DNA of 64,000 nt. Origin: Lophium mytilinum. Taxonomy: Eukaryota. Both the position numbers and the translations under genes were made by a program. Below are positions 24,943 through 37,693 of the stretch, in pieces. The stretch lies in assembly GCA_010093605.1 (NCBI GenBank), contig MU004183.1, positions 1,116,001 to 1,180,000 of the forward strand, in the 5' to 3' direction. The notes below the pieces were generated by a model. The model searched no databases and was not told the DNA's origin. It saw only the letters and a list, made by a program, of their open reading frames with translations. Positions within the stretch are counted from its first letter, which is position 1, and each line of letters begins with the position of its first letter.

Positions 24943-27859
24943 ATGCCATCCTTCATGGCAGACGGCCGCGACCACTCGCCCTTCGACGCCCCCGCAGCCC
25001 ACGGCCTGAGCTCGCGGACCTCCCAAGAGAAGCAGCCCTCTCCTGTGCGAGACGACGCTGCGAGGCTCTCCAACGGCAACTCCGGCATTGCCAACGGGAA
25101 GCTGTCCAACGGCCTCGCCGCGATGCATTTAGTGGCCAATGGCCATCCGGTGCCGCCGACGTCGCCGTGGGACAAGCCATCGCCCCGTAAAGAGGACTCT
25201 GGCACCTCTAGCGGGGGCCGCATGTCTGATACCGAAAACGAGAGAGCTCCTCTGGGCCGTGGTCCCAGCAACGGCGAACCTACCCGAGATGACGGACAAT
25301 TCGCTGCCATTCACAATGGAGAAACTGAAGATAGCTGGGGGACGACCTACGTCAAGCTGGCAGCTCCCAGTAGCCAAGATGGCGCCTCCGAGTCGAGGCA
25401 TGACATATCTCGAGCTTCGACGAAGCCGGACCCAGAGGCAATGGAAACGCCAGGCAATGGGCCGGCGACAAGTCACCCCTCTCAGCTCCCTCACGACTCG
25501 ACTCTACGTGTTCCCGGATCCGTCCACCGGCTCTCATCTCCGCCTGCGTTCCCTCTTCCTCCCACCGGCCTTCCCGGAGCCCCCACTTCCAACCCGTCAC
25601 CCCAACACCCGCATCGTCTAGTGCATCGCCATACTCTTGAAGTCCCCAAAGTGTCTTCGACTCGCCAATCCCGGGAGTTCCCAACGACCAGCACGACGGA
25701 AGATGTCGTCTCAGCTACCGGACGCTTCTCACCCAATACACCGACTCGACGGAGAAACTCGCTGGGCCTCGCTCGTCGACACACCCGATCTGTGCATTCC
25801 GACATGCATCTCGAAGAACCACCACAGGACGAAGACGCAGCCCGCTGGGCAGACGCCATCCGGCAAAAGCGGGCAAGCAAGAGGAAAAGGAAAGAGGATG
25901 AGGACGACGATCGAGTGGTTGTAGGGACGAAAGTCGATCAGAACCACGTCAACTGGGTGACGGCTTACAATATGTTGACGGGAATAAGATTCACAGTCTC
26001 CAGGACAAATGCCAAGATGGACCGAGATCTGACTGATGCCGACTTCACAGCAAAGCACAAGTTCTCGTTTGATATGTAAGTTGAAATGTGATGCTTCTGG
26101 GTGTTATCTCTGACAATATGAAGCACTGGTAACGAACTGACCCCTTCCGCCAAATACGACTTCAAGTTCAAAGACTACGCGCCCTGGGTCTTCCGACATC
26201 TCCGGTCCACCTTCCAGCTGGACCCCGCGGACTATCTCATGTCATTAACAAGCAAGTACATACTATCCGAGCTCGGGTCTCCAGGCAAGAGCGGAAGCTT
26301 TTTCTATTTCTCTCGCGACTATAAATACATTATCAAAACCATCCACCACGCAGAACACAAGTTCTTGCGCAAGATATTGCGCGATTACTACAACCACATA
26401 CAGGAGAATCCAAACACCCTTTTATCACAGTTTTACGGCCTTCATCGGGTGAAGATCCCATACGGCAGGAAGATCCATTTCGTAGTCATGAACAACCTAT
26501 TTCCGCCCCACAGGGACATTCACAGAACATTCGATCTGAAAGGATCCACCATCGGGAGGGACTTCAAGGAGGAAGAGCTGGAGCACAATCCGCGAGCAAC
26601 TCTGAAAGATCTGAACTGGCTGCGGAGGAACCTGCATTTGGAATTCGGGCCGACGAAGAAGAAGGCATTCATCGAACAGATGGAAAAAGACGTGAAGCTT
26701 CTCCAGAAGTTGAAGATCATGGACTACTCGCTGCTGGTGGGGATCCATGATTTAGAACGTGGGAATGAGGAGAACCTCCGTGATAAGACACTGCAAGTGT
26801 TTCAGCCCGGAGGCGAATCGGCTGATGATCCTGTTCATGCCAATATGCTGATGCGGACTCCTTCCAAATTAGAAACCGCGCGAAAGGCGAAAGAACTACG
26901 ACAGATGATCAAGAACCAGAAGCCAATTCCCATGGATCAAACGACGAGTAAGATGCCGGATGAGATGCAGGAAGGCAGGAAAAATTTCTACTTTTATAAT
27001 GACGATGGAGGTTTTAGGGCCACGCACGAGGATGACGGCGTTGGAGAGGAGATCTACTATCTGGGTATCATCGATTGCCTAACCCATGTAAGTGCCCTCA
27101 CGAGTTGAGTAGTAGTCCAACATGCTGACGATCATTTTCAAGTACTCGTTCATCAAACGTGCGGAGCACTTCTTCAAAGGCCTCGCAAGCCAGGAATCAC
27201 AGATATCAGCTATTCCCCCGGAGCGATACGGAGATCGATTTGTCCGGTTCATCAGCGGCGTCACGAAAACGCGCGAGGCGGCTGAGAGAGAGAAGATTGA
27301 GGCTGAAAACATGGTCGATGATCCTCGTCTATCCGGTGTAAACATGCATCAACGAGATGCTACTGATGTGGTCATGGAGAAGGCTGAGCGGCAAGCGGAG
27401 CGCTCCCGACAAAGAGGTGCTTCAGAAGATAACGTTCCAAACAGAGAAATTCGCACGGTGCGAAGTCCATCTGCGGAACGTGGAGAGCTGGGCAGTACTC
27501 TACCAGTTGTCGAAGAAGCAGCAGAATCATCTAGCACAGGGGGGCGGAGTGGTCGAAGTGGCGAGAACAGCCCGCTACCACATGCGCCAATGGACGAAAG
27601 AGATATCCAAGAACTACAACCGCTCCCTCGAGACCAGGCGCGAGAAAACTCAGCACACCAGAGACCACCGCCAACGCCGCCCAAAGACCCCAACCACGGG
27701 CGCATAGAAGAACGGCCGCCTACGCCACCGAAAGACGGATTCGAGGCTCGTCAGCGTGGCCCCCCTACTCCACCAAAGGACGAGCGAGAAAGGGGTCGAC
27801 GTAGCGAGAAGGAGCTACCCATCCCACCACCCATGGAGTCAGTCGTGAGGGTGAACTAA
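24943..27859 (+). CDS. MSS4: Phosphatidylinositol-4-phosphate 5-kinase
   Basis: NWVTAYNMLTGIR, FKFKDYAPWVF, SPGKSGSFFYFS, FDLKGS, MDYSLL, YLGIIDCLT; 2 introns; alternative in-frame start at 24925. Confidence 0.96.
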
Positions 27860-28858
27860 ATACAAAAAGGCGGACCGATGCCACCATTTCTTTTCAACAC
27901 ACGCACACACACAAAGACAGCACAAAATACTCATGCCTGCATAAGACCATCTTCCTTTTTTTCCTCTCCCCTTTTCGCATCCATCGTTTGTCCAGCGCGT
28001 CTGCATTATACCAACGGCGCCCGGGGTTTTGCTCCTGGCCTGAACCTGAACCGACTTGAAGTTCTCCTCATGCCCTTGTTTCGCACGGTTTTCTTTCTTC
28101 TTCTCATCTAATTCAACTCTCCTCGCAAGAAGCGTCTCTTATAGACTTAGCCCGCTGTTGCTTTTTGTGTGCCCTGGTCTTTTTGTACTCCATTTCTCCG
28201 GAATCGGATGAGCTGGATACGGTACGGCCGCCGGCCCTGTAATCACTCTCGGGTCACATTTTTGAGGGGGGGCCTCCTCTTCTTCTTTTTCTTGTGTAAG
28301 ATATTGTTACAATGTTTCTGCTTTGGCCCCGCGGAAAAGCAAGCCATTTTTTGGAGAGTTGGGGTGCTGCTTGGTTGGCTGCGTTTTGGTTGATGGGAGA
28401 CGGGAGAGTTGCGGGGATATGAAGGACTTGAACAAGGGAAGCGGATGTAGATGTATTGAATACAGTTTGTGGCTGTTGTAATTGATGTGGATACACGTGA
28501 TGAGATTAGGCGCTTAGGGGTTCGTGTGAAGAGGGAGTTGGGGGGTGTTCAAGTGAGAAGAATGGAGTTGTTGTGATACTTGATTATGTTTCATTGCACG
28601 TGAGACGGGTCTAGAGTGCTTGTACACACTTACAATGTCACTGCTAGGTCTCCCTTCGTGAACTCGAATTAGGCAGAGGCTATCACTGCAATCACATAAA
28701 CTGCAAGTCTCATAACAATTCCGCTCATTAATTCCGTCTGGTAACGATCCAAACGAAACGATGCATTCACAGCTCTTGTAGTTATACACAGCAGCATCAT
28801 TAGCCGCCAGCAACTCTATACCAATATCTCGCTCACCCACACACTGCATTTCTCCTAT

Positions 28859-30279
28859 CTACTTATAGAAGTCGAACTTGTCCGCCTCCTGGGCACCCTT
28901 GACTTGCGAAGCATACGCGTCCTCCAGATCGCTCTGGATGATGTTGTACCTATTCTTCCTGACGGCCCGTAGCCCAGCTTCCTGCATAATAGCCGCGATG
29001 ATGGCTCCAGAGAGCGGGTCGTTCCGCACGATCAAGCTATCCAGGTCGACTTCTGGGCTCAGGCTCATCTTGCTGGCGATGGTGGAGAAGATGAGGCGGC
29101 GCTCGCGGCGATCGCGGAGGTTGGGGAACTCGATCTTACGGTCCAATCGCCCTGGACGGAGGAGCGCGGGGTCGAGGGTATCGGCGCGGTTGGTCGCCAT
29201 AATGACCTTGACGTTGGACGTTTGGTCGAAGCCGTCCATTTGGTTGAGCAGCTCGAGCAGGATACGCTGGACCTCTCTGTCCGCCCCGGTCTGGGCATCG
29301 AACCGCTTCGTGGCGATGGCGTCGATCTCGTCGATGAAGATGATGGATGGGGAGTTCTCGCGCGCCATCCGGAACACGTCGCGCACCATGCGGGGACCCT
29401 CGCCGAGATACTTTTGCACGAATTCCGAGCCGACGACGCGGATGAAGGAGGCGGTGGTACTGTTGGCGACGGCTTTGACGAGCATGGTTTTTCCAGTCCC
29501 TGGGGGCCCGTACAGGAGGACACCGCGCGGCGGGTCGATACCGATTTGGCGGTAGAGATCGAAGTGCGTCAGTGGAAGCTCCACGGCTTCGCGGATCTCC
29601 TGCTTCTGCATGTCTAGGCCACCCACGTCGGCGTATGTCACGTCGGGCTTCTCGTCCTGCCCGAGCATTGCTATTGACGAGTCGGCTTCTGGGGGCAGGA
29701 TGTCGACGAGGGCGTTGGAGTGGCGGTGGAGGGCGACGGAGGAGGAGGGCTTGAGGAGCTCGCGGTCGAGCGTGGAGAGGATTCGGACCACATAGTTCGA
29801 GCCTGTCGATGACTGTACGATGCCGGTGCTGGGCCTTGTTAGATGATGCCGGGCTGGTATCTGGGGGAGAAGCTTACTTCTGGTCAATCGCCTCCATAAA
29901 CTGCCCGATCACCAGTGGCACGCTCTGGATGCGCTTGATCTCTTCTTGCGCTCGTACCAGCTCCCGCTTGAGACTCCTGTCCCCATATTAGCTCTGATGG
30001 GTCTTGCGTAGCAGATCTCAGCCAGACACGTACCTCTGTTCATCCTTGATGTACTCCTCTTGGAGGTGGATGTATCTAGACAACGGTCAGCCCTGTCTGG
30101 CGCAGCGTGGCAAAGGCAACATACTCTAGCTGCCGTTGGAGCTTCTTAAATGTGGAGTAGTCATCGGCGCCCTCAGTTGCAAAACCCTCTAGGGTATCGA
30201 AGTTCGGTATCGACGACGGGAGCTGCTTCTTGTGCGGCGGCACCTGGTTCGCCGGGTTCTCGACGGCGACGTCGGCCAT
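28859..30279 (-). CDS. RPT3: 26S proteasome regulatory AAA-ATPase subunit 6B
   Basis: [50 protein letters not shown]-terminal FDFYK; 3 introns. Confidence 0.97.
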
Positions 30280-30440
30280 GCTGGGCGAGGAGGCTGTTGT
30301 TTGGGAGGAGTAGCGGACGGCGTGGTGAGCGAGGGTCACAGGTAGTGGTAGTGAGGGCTAGGTGCGGATACAGGCGTGCGGTTGATGGCTGTGATAGCAG
30401 GCAGGACGTCCGCAGTTCACTTGAGGTCGACACTAATCAA

Positions 30441-30475
30441 TCACGTGTAGTGAGTCACGTGTAAAAGGTCACGTG
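30441..30475. promoter_or_regulatory. Three TCACGTG E-boxes (Cbf1-type) at 14-bp spacing with an overlapping TGAGTCA site, in the RPT3/SWI1 divergent intergenic region
   Basis: TCACGTG starts at 30441, 30455 and 30469; TGAGTCA at 30451-30457. Confidence 0.6.
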
Positions 30476-32050
30476 CTTCACCCACGACCACACACCTCGA
30501 AGCCGGATGCAATGCATGAATGTGAGGGCGTAAAGGTAGGTTTATAATATTCAAATAATCTAGAATATATCTCGACGACCCGCCCGTCCATTCTCCTGGC
30601 TCTTAGCTGGCTGTCAGAAGTTCCTGAATCTGAGCGTGCCCACCCTGGCACCATCTATCTCGAGGCAGATGGTCGGAGCGTGCTCCCTGGAGATTGTCGA
30701 GCGTCATATTTCACTCCAAGACCATTCGATCGACAGAACCATGTGGAAGTGTCTCCAAACCCAGCCGGAGCTGCCACACGCGGTTCTCCCTCCCCGCTCG
30801 CTGAGGTGTGGCTAACGCGGTGTGTGGTGGAGCGATCATTGGATGCCGTTGCTTTTGCCATGCTGCGATTCGGCTCCGCTGGCCACGGTACCTGCAGTGG
30901 GCGTCCTGGAGAGCGTCCAGTGTGTGCGGCCTATCCAGGTAGCGGATTTCCAGCAGGGCTCCAGGCTCGCTCACCTTCCTCATCCTGCGGGGTCCTGGGG
31001 TGTGCGGTGACGAGGGCGTGAAGGCAGTAGCGGTAGCGTGCTCTCAGGAATCTCGTGCCCCCATGCCGGTCCATTATCGGCGCATCGAAGCCTTCACAAT
31101 CCCCTTCCGTCGCTGCCGACCACGTCCCCACACGCCATCTGACAGCCTGGGGCGCGGTTATTGGCAGCAATCGGCGCAAGGAACACGGTGGTGGCGCACA
31201 CGATGAGCCGTGGTAGGAATCCTGGGGTGCGAGTGTGGGAGCTTCGAGAAGGCCACGGCGTGCTGCGGTGGGAGGGCACGCAGACAGCCACGGGCGGAAT
31301 CGACAAAGCAGGCACGCACGCAGCGCAGAGGGCTATCTATAGGCGTGTCTGAGTGGAGGCGGGCCGGTCTGAGGGGTGCTACTCGTGTCACTCCGGGCAA
31401 ATGATGGCGAAGGTGAAGCATGATTCGGCATCCAAACGCGGTCTGGGTTCGATATCCCGGCCGCCTGGCAACCCAAAATACTGCTCGACGGCACGGGCCG
31501 GGCGTGAGGCTTGCCTGCCTGCTGGCTGGCGATGCTACGCTCGTCCCCACGCTGCTTCTTTCGTTGTTGCAGCTCGTCGTTGCGGACTACTTCTATCTGC
31601 CTCCCGATGGCGGTAGCGGATTCGAGGTTGTCAAGGAAGGCCGGGCGGGCCCTGTGCTCCGCTTTCTGCCTGGGCGGGCTCGCTTGGCAACTCTCCTTTC
31701 ACCAGACTTGCCGCTGCCGTGACTTCCATCTCGGCCTCCAAGCACCCCCGCCCTGAAAAGTGATATCGCGTGTGAGTTTGTTCCATCTCTCCTGCTCACA
31801 CTTCTCTCCCCGCTGGCCCCGCTGGCCACGTTGCCGCCCCGCTGCACGCGTCGCTGCCAACCACACGCCGGCCGCGCTGTGATCAGCAGCCTCACCTCCA
31901 CCAAGCGCGCCCTCGCCCGCTGCGCGCCTCGCAGTGCGCCGGAGTCTGGGAGTCTGTCGCGCGGCTGCTGGCGGGCCCGAATGAGATGGAACGAGTGCTG
32001 ACTGCTGCTGCGTAGATGGAGAGTGCTGACCCGCCCGTCCACCGCGAACC

Positions 32051-35000
32051 ATGACGACTTGGCCAGACAACCTCAGCAATGGCACCCTCTACAACAACCT
32101 GCCCGACCAGACCCAGGACCCCGGCCTCCTCAACCCGTCCATGTTTGCAGGCGCGAACCTCGACCTGAGCCAGTTGCAGCACAACCCACAATTCCAGACG
32201 CGGATGCAGAATGGCGCGTTCCAAACATCCTCCATGGCCGGCCAGAAACGGCCGCGTGAGGACAGCACCGGCGCGCCCCTCTCGCGCTCGCAGACCCCCG
32301 GCCAGCAGGGCCAGTACGGCTTCCAGGGCAGCCAGCACGGCGGCGTCCAGCCGATGCAGGTCCCTTCACCCTTCCAGCACCTTCACCAGGGCGGCTCCGC
32401 CAACGCGACGCCTTCACCCACCCTCCAGAATCAACAATTCCGTCCCGGCATGCCCCCTCAGCGCGTGCAGACCGTCTCACCTGCACAAAATGCGAACGGT
32501 CCTCAGATGTCGCCGATGAACTACATGCAAGGCTCGCCGATGCCGCAGGGGTACAACCAGAACTTTAGCGCAGGCTCATTTCCAGTCCAGCCTGTTGCCC
32601 TCTCCCAGAACCTGCAGAGCCGGCAGCAGGAAGCCCAGCGCCAGTACCAGATGCGACTACAGTCACAACAACAGCAACTGGCCGCAAGCAATATGGCGGC
32701 GCAACAGAGACACCAGGCCGGGCCGATGCTCGGCTCCTCGGGGCAACAGCCAGGCATGCCAATGAACAGGAATCCGGCGCAAATGCAGAAGCCACAGGCG
32801 CCGCGCGTCCAGCCCGATGCCTTCATCAAGAACGTGTCCGCGCTGATGCAGCAGAGCGGCCATTCGTTCAACGCCCAGCCAATGATCGCAATGCGTCCCG
32901 TGAATTACGTGAAGCTGTACAGCATGGTCATGCAGCAGAAGGGCTCCAACCGAGTGACAGCCATAGGAGCGTGGCCTATGGTTGCCCAGGCCTTGGGCTT
33001 CCCCCAGCAACAGTTTCCCAACGCCGGTGAAGAGGTGAAACACATCTTCGAGCAAAATCTGGGCCTCTACGAGAACGCCTATTGGAACAAGGTGGCACAG
33101 CAATCGAAGGCTTTGGGCAACACCCAGCAGGCGCAGATGGCGGCCGCCATGAGCTCTGCACAGCAAATGTCACCCACCAAGTCGATGCCTCAAATGGGCC
33201 CCAACAACGTCCAAGCGCAACAGCAACAGTACCTCCAACAACTGCAAAGGGCCCAGGCAATGCAAATGGACCAATCTACACCAATGAAGAACAACGTACC
33301 AATGGCGACAGCGAATGGATGGAGTACGCCTCAGATGGACTCGAAGATGACGCCCACTGCCTTGAATCAGCACCGGAAAAGTATGAGTCGTCAACTTGAA
33401 GCCACGCCTCCCCATTCGCAGCCCCTCGGTTTCCCCTCGCCTTCCCCAGGGCCAGACGTAAAGCCCAGAGAAAGCGCTCCTCCACTTGGTCCCCCAACAT
33501 CGAACGGTGTCGCGCAGCCAGCATCTGTTAAAGTGGAACATGGGACTGAATACCAGCCCAAAGTCAGAAACTTAGCTCTTAGTCATGGGGGAATCGACGT
33601 CCAAGGGATCTCTGATTTAGGAAAGAATATTGCCGCCCTGAAGCCAAACATACCAAACCTCGAGGAAATGGGTGTAATCGATGTCCGAGCCCTCAGCATG
33701 AGCCTTCAGTCCGGTATCCATGGGGAGGTGAGATTGGCGCTGGACTTCCTCGTGCGACTTTCGCATGAGCAAAGAGTCCAGCTCGAGCTGGAAAAGTGTG
33801 AAGATCTCATCGACGCAATCATAGATTGCGCCGAAGAACAGCTGGACGCTCTCGCAGAAGATTCTCCGGAGGTCTCTGACATCCTGGACTTGACGCCGTA
33901 TGAAGACGTAATTCGCAACTGCCGCACAGAAGTTGAGTCGATCCAAGAGATCCCCGAGTTTGGGACCCCAGCGTACGAGCTCGATCGAACCGCGGAGCGG
34001 CTTATAGCCGTGACAACAATCTTGAGGAATCTCTCCTTCTTCGAGTCCAATCACTCCTTAATGTCCAGTCCAATCGTTTTGAAATTTGTGTCGAATGCGA
34101 TTCGGCTCGTCGGCACCAGAATTCTGCTATTGCGCTCCCATGTCAATACCGCGGATTTTATGAAAGATCTGATCATCCTACTATCAAACATCTCGGACAA
34201 AATCGAGTTGCCTTCTCGCGAGGAAGCACACAATGTTCTCCACTTCCTCATATCATTTGCCCCTTGCCCAAGGCCCGGCTCTCCGGTCCGATTCACACCA
34301 TATAATCCAGCAATTCACCGATACCTCCCTCCCGCAGTCGACACTCTCGCCAAGCTACTTGCTCGAGACGATCCAAATCGAACGTACTATAAGCAGCTTT
34401 TCCACGCCGACGCGACCTCCACGCCTCCCTACGACCTCCTTACACGAGCTTTCGCCCTCGCGGTTGCTGTTGTACCAGATCGCTCCAAGCGCGGAGGGCG
34501 CACCAACGAAGAAATGAGAATTGCCGAAGCTCGAAAGCCGTACCTCATGCAAGGCATGCTCGCCGCGGACATACTTGCGAGTCTGGCCCCTGGTCCGGAT
34601 TCCGGGATTGCACGGTCTTGGCTCGAAGCTGAGGACGGTTGGGCCCAGAGCCTTCTCCGACTGTCTGTGTTTTTGTTCTCTACGGATGCAAATCCTCGAG
34701 CCCCTCCTCAGCCAGGCTCACGGCAAGTGCCAAGAATGGACCATGATCTACAAGGGTTTCAGCTAATAACTCATCGAGCCCTTGCCATGCTGAAGAAACT
34801 CGGAGAAAAATGCAAAGGGGGAGATCTGGTGATCGCAAATGCCAACGCAAATGCCATCAAGATCGAGAACGGCGCTGCATCCGATGACGAAGAAGAGGAA
34901 TTTGATGGAGGTTCCGTGAAGGAGGTCGGAGCCGGTAATAGATGGACCGTTAAAGCAGATGTGTTGCCTAAGAAGGAGATGCTTCTCGGCGCACTTTTGA

Positions 35001-35062
35001 CACCAAACGTGGACTCCGTGGCGTTGAGGCAACTTTGCAGCTTCGCTCGATTGGATGACTGA
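32051..35062 (+). CDS. SWI1: SWI/SNF complex ARID subunit Swi1/Sol1, 1003 aa, intronless CDS
   Basis: Q-rich N-terminus, ARID (KLYSMVMQQKGSNRVTAIGAWPMVAQALG), GVIDVRALSMSLQSGIHGEVRLALD, TILRNLSF. Confidence 0.9.
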   Translation: MTTWPDNLSNGTLYNNLPDQTQDPGLLNPSMFAGANLDLSQLQHNPQFQTRMQNGAFQTSSMAGQKRPREDSTGAPLSRSQTPGQQGQYGFQGSQHGGVQPMQVPSPFQHLHQGGSANATPSPTLQNQQFRPGMPPQRVQTVSPAQNANGPQMSPMNYMQGSPMPQGYNQNFSAGSFPVQPVALSQNLQSRQQEAQRQYQMRLQSQQQQLAASNMAAQQRHQAGPMLGSSGQQPGMPMNRNPAQMQKPQAPRVQPDAFIKNVSALMQQSGHSFNAQPMIAMRPVNYVKLYSMVMQQKGSNRVTAIGAWPMVAQALGFPQQQFPNAGEEVKHIFEQNLGLYENAYWNKVAQQSKALGNTQQAQMAAAMSSAQQMSPTKSMPQMGPNNVQAQQQQYLQQLQRAQAMQMDQSTPMKNNVPMATANGWSTPQMDSKMTPTALNQHRKSMSRQLEATPPHSQPLGFPSPSPGPDVKPRESAPPLGPPTSNGVAQPASVKVEHGTEYQPKVRNLALSHGGIDVQGISDLGKNIAALKPNIPNLEEMGVIDVRALSMSLQSGIHGEVRLALDFLVRLSHEQRVQLELEKCEDLIDAIIDCAEEQLDALAEDSPEVSDILDLTPYEDVIRNCRTEVESIQEIPEFGTPAYELDRTAERLIAVTTILRNLSFFESNHSLMSSPIVLKFVSNAIRLVGTRILLLRSHVNTADFMKDLIILLSNISDKIELPSREEAHNVLHFLISFAPCPRPGSPVRFTPYNPAIHRYLPPAVDTLAKLLARDDPNRTYYKQLFHADATSTPPYDLLTRAFALAVAVVPDRSKRGGRTNEEMRIAEARKPYLMQGMLAADILASLAPGPDSGIARSWLEAEDGWAQSLLRLSVFLFSTDANPRAPPQPGSRQVPRMDHDLQGFQLITHRALAMLKKLGEKCKGGDLVIANANANAIKIENGAASDDEEEEFDGGSVKEVGAGNRWTVKADVLPKKEMLLGALLTPNVDSVALRQLCSFARLDD

Positions 35063-35942
35063 AAACCGGATGGATAAGGGGAACATGATACTCCTTCAGT
35101 CGTGGATGGTTTGGATTTGATTCTGAGGAGCATCGAGTGCGAATAAATTCATGGCCCCGCGTGGAGCTTTCATTCTTAGGGGAATAGCCAGGTATCAAGA
35201 TAAGCGTCTAAGCTTCTTCGCAGCTGCTTTGTACCGTGAAGGCGTTGATTCATCTTGCATCTCAACGTCTCGGCTTAGCTCCTCAAATTCGTCGGCCTGT
35301 CTATATTTTCATATTATTCGTTCTAGATTATTCTTGGTGGGCGTTTGTGGTGTTTTGGATGGCAGGCTGCGCATTTGGAACGGATTGAGGCATGCGCTTG
35401 TCGACATTGGCGCCGCCTATTGCGATTCCCGAGCATAAACTGGCGAAGCGAAACTTGTAGAAAAATGGGACTTGTCTATTTTATGGCTCTTGCCAATGCA
35501 TGCATTGATGGTCATGAACGTCTGTCTGCTTGCAAAACTAAATCTCCTGAGGCGAGATCTGAAGCTCAAGTCCATGAGAACGAGGATAGCACCATACCTA
35601 CAAACCCGAGCAAGCACCTGTGCTACCCCTATAGTTACAGCAACAGTGGTCTTGGTTGTAGTGTTGCATCCCGGGGTCTTGTGACTCGAGTAGATTACTC
35701 TCTGACTAGATGCCGTGTCTTCAGTAGCAGAGGAGCTAAACATGCATGTGCAAGGGAAAGTGGCGTCTCGTATTCATATCTCCCCGCATTAGTCTTCCTA
35801 TAATAGTACCATCACCGCATTTTCTTCGTGCTCAGCCTCATCACGTCTTCCACTTATCCATCATAGCTATCCCACCACATGTCTAGAGCCGTCGATCCTT
35901 CTATTCTCTCAAAATGCTACGGCAATCACACGTACATCCAGT

Positions 35943-36455
35943 ATGAACAACACTGCAGCTGAGCCCCCTCGGCGTAAAGGTATACGGAAGCTACTGCATC
36001 GATGGAAAGAAAAGATCCAAGCAGAGAAGAAGCCCAAGTCCCAACGTGCCGTGGAACCTACCAAGAAACCCACGATCCAGAAAAGGTCGCAGCCAGCAAA
36101 GACGCCAAACCCTCGACGCAACACCGCCCCCGCCGATCTACTATCATCCCACCCTCATCCCAGCACGGTGCCTTCTAAGCCGGGTATTGCATCTCCTACA
36201 CCAAGCGCGCCAGCGCCAAAACGTCACCAGAACCGCCGCGCTACTACTGGCTATTTCACGGCATCAGACGTTCGAGCTCAGATTGCGGCAGACGAGGCGT
36301 TGCTGAGAAGACGGGCGGCGGAGTTTGAGTATCACCACCAGAGAGAGCCGATAGGCTTCGTCCGGTTCGATCATGCGGCAGACCGCGCAATAGGTGGTGC
36401 GGATATCAGTCCGAGTGGGACGGGGCCGGTGAAGCAGTGGCCGTGGGGGAAATGA
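35943..36455 (+). CDS. Hypothetical basic, Pro-rich protein (170 aa)
   Basis: ATG-initiated ORF with coding-like composition; no recognised motif. Confidence 0.55.
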   Translation: MNNTAAEPPRRKGIRKLLHRWKEKIQAEKKPKSQRAVEPTKKPTIQKRSQPAKTPNPRRNTAPADLLSSHPHPSTVPSKPGIASPTPSAPAPKRHQNRRATTGYFTASDVRAQIAADEALLRRRAAEFEYHHQREPIGFVRFDHAADRAIGGADISPSGTGPVKQWPWGK

Positions 36456-37693
36456 GATGCGAGGCTTGCCTTGACCTTGGTCTACGACACGTAGTTAGTT
36501 GAGATCTGTGCTGCCTGCAGGCCGGGGAACTTCTTATCGTCCCTTATTGTCGGATCATAGCCGATGCTTTTCGGAGACATGATCTCCTCGTCTTGCTATA
36601 TATTTCTACTTGTGCAGACGAGTCAGCTATATGATGTTGAGGTAGTCTCATAAGCTGCTATGCATTACAAAAGGAGGATGGTGTCAAGCCTGGTGAGATG
36701 TGTCAGGCAACTAGGTTGGTTTAGTAGCTAGAGTACACTGCGGTGATTTGAATTTGGGTGTCGGATTGGCCCCGGTATACTCTTCAAGGCGGCTAATTCT
36801 TCAAAGAACGCGAAACCTAGCGGAACGGCTCCATTTGTATCTGTCAAAGTACATACACTGTTAGGCTGATGATTGGGTCTAATTTAAAGTGTGATAAACT
36901 TCATATTCGGAATACAAAGGCAATATGCGGACTAGCTCCCGCTCTTACTCTTCAACTTAAAATAAGTCTCCCTTCTTACTAACTGGATCCATGCTGTATG
37001 ACGAATTACATAATGTTATCCAGTCGGCAATTTGTTTAGGCATTAGAGTATATTGACTCTAGTACCCCTTGCATTTGACTTTGTTGCATATTACGAACCA
37101 GATGATCTCAACATTTGCATCTCAAAATAGTTCAAGCTTAAGCTCTAAAAACAGTTCAACTAACTCACCTCCAAATATCGGGCTGATTCCCGTCTCAGAG
37201 ATAAAATAAGGCAGATGTCTAAATAGGTTTGCAGTTCAAGTGCGGCTCTCCACCGCCCCGGGTCTCGGATCGTACCTCGAAAATAACCTCAAAAGGGCAT
37301 GCTAGCCAATCTTGATTCGGGGACGATCACCGAGACGTCTACATGATTGCGATTTTTCAAAGGTAACAGAAGTTCTCCAGCGGTCGCCTGAGAAAGAACC
37401 CGCTTCCTTCACGTTTCCATGGTTCAATCCTCGGACCGGCCCGAGCGACACATTTGGCTGGCGAATCAGAGTCGCCGAAAGTCAATAACTAACCTATGAG
37501 TTAGCCGGCTGCAATACTCAGCATCGCCAAGGTGAAACTCCGCAGTATACGCTTGGCAAATTGGCAATAGAGTGGTTGTCAACGTCATAGGCTTTCTTTG
37601 ACGATCTATAAGACATCCCTTGCGCGAAAGGTAATGTAGCTCTCCTTGCACCATCCAAGCTCCAATTGACTACACAAACCACATAGCACCGCT

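Noticed and set aside
28878..29555. 225-aa plus-strand ORF
   Set aside because: Antisense shadow of RPT3
30107..30114. PACE-like GTGGCAAA near RPT3
   Set aside because: Lies in intron 1, is imperfect and single; no other support
31443..31460. T-arm/B-box-like CTGGGTTCGATATCCCGG
   Set aside because: 8-nt loop; no D arm, anticodon arm, acceptor stem or terminator, so not a tRNA
37421..37430. B-box-like GGTTCAATCC
   Set aside because: No A box, cloverleaf or T-run nearby
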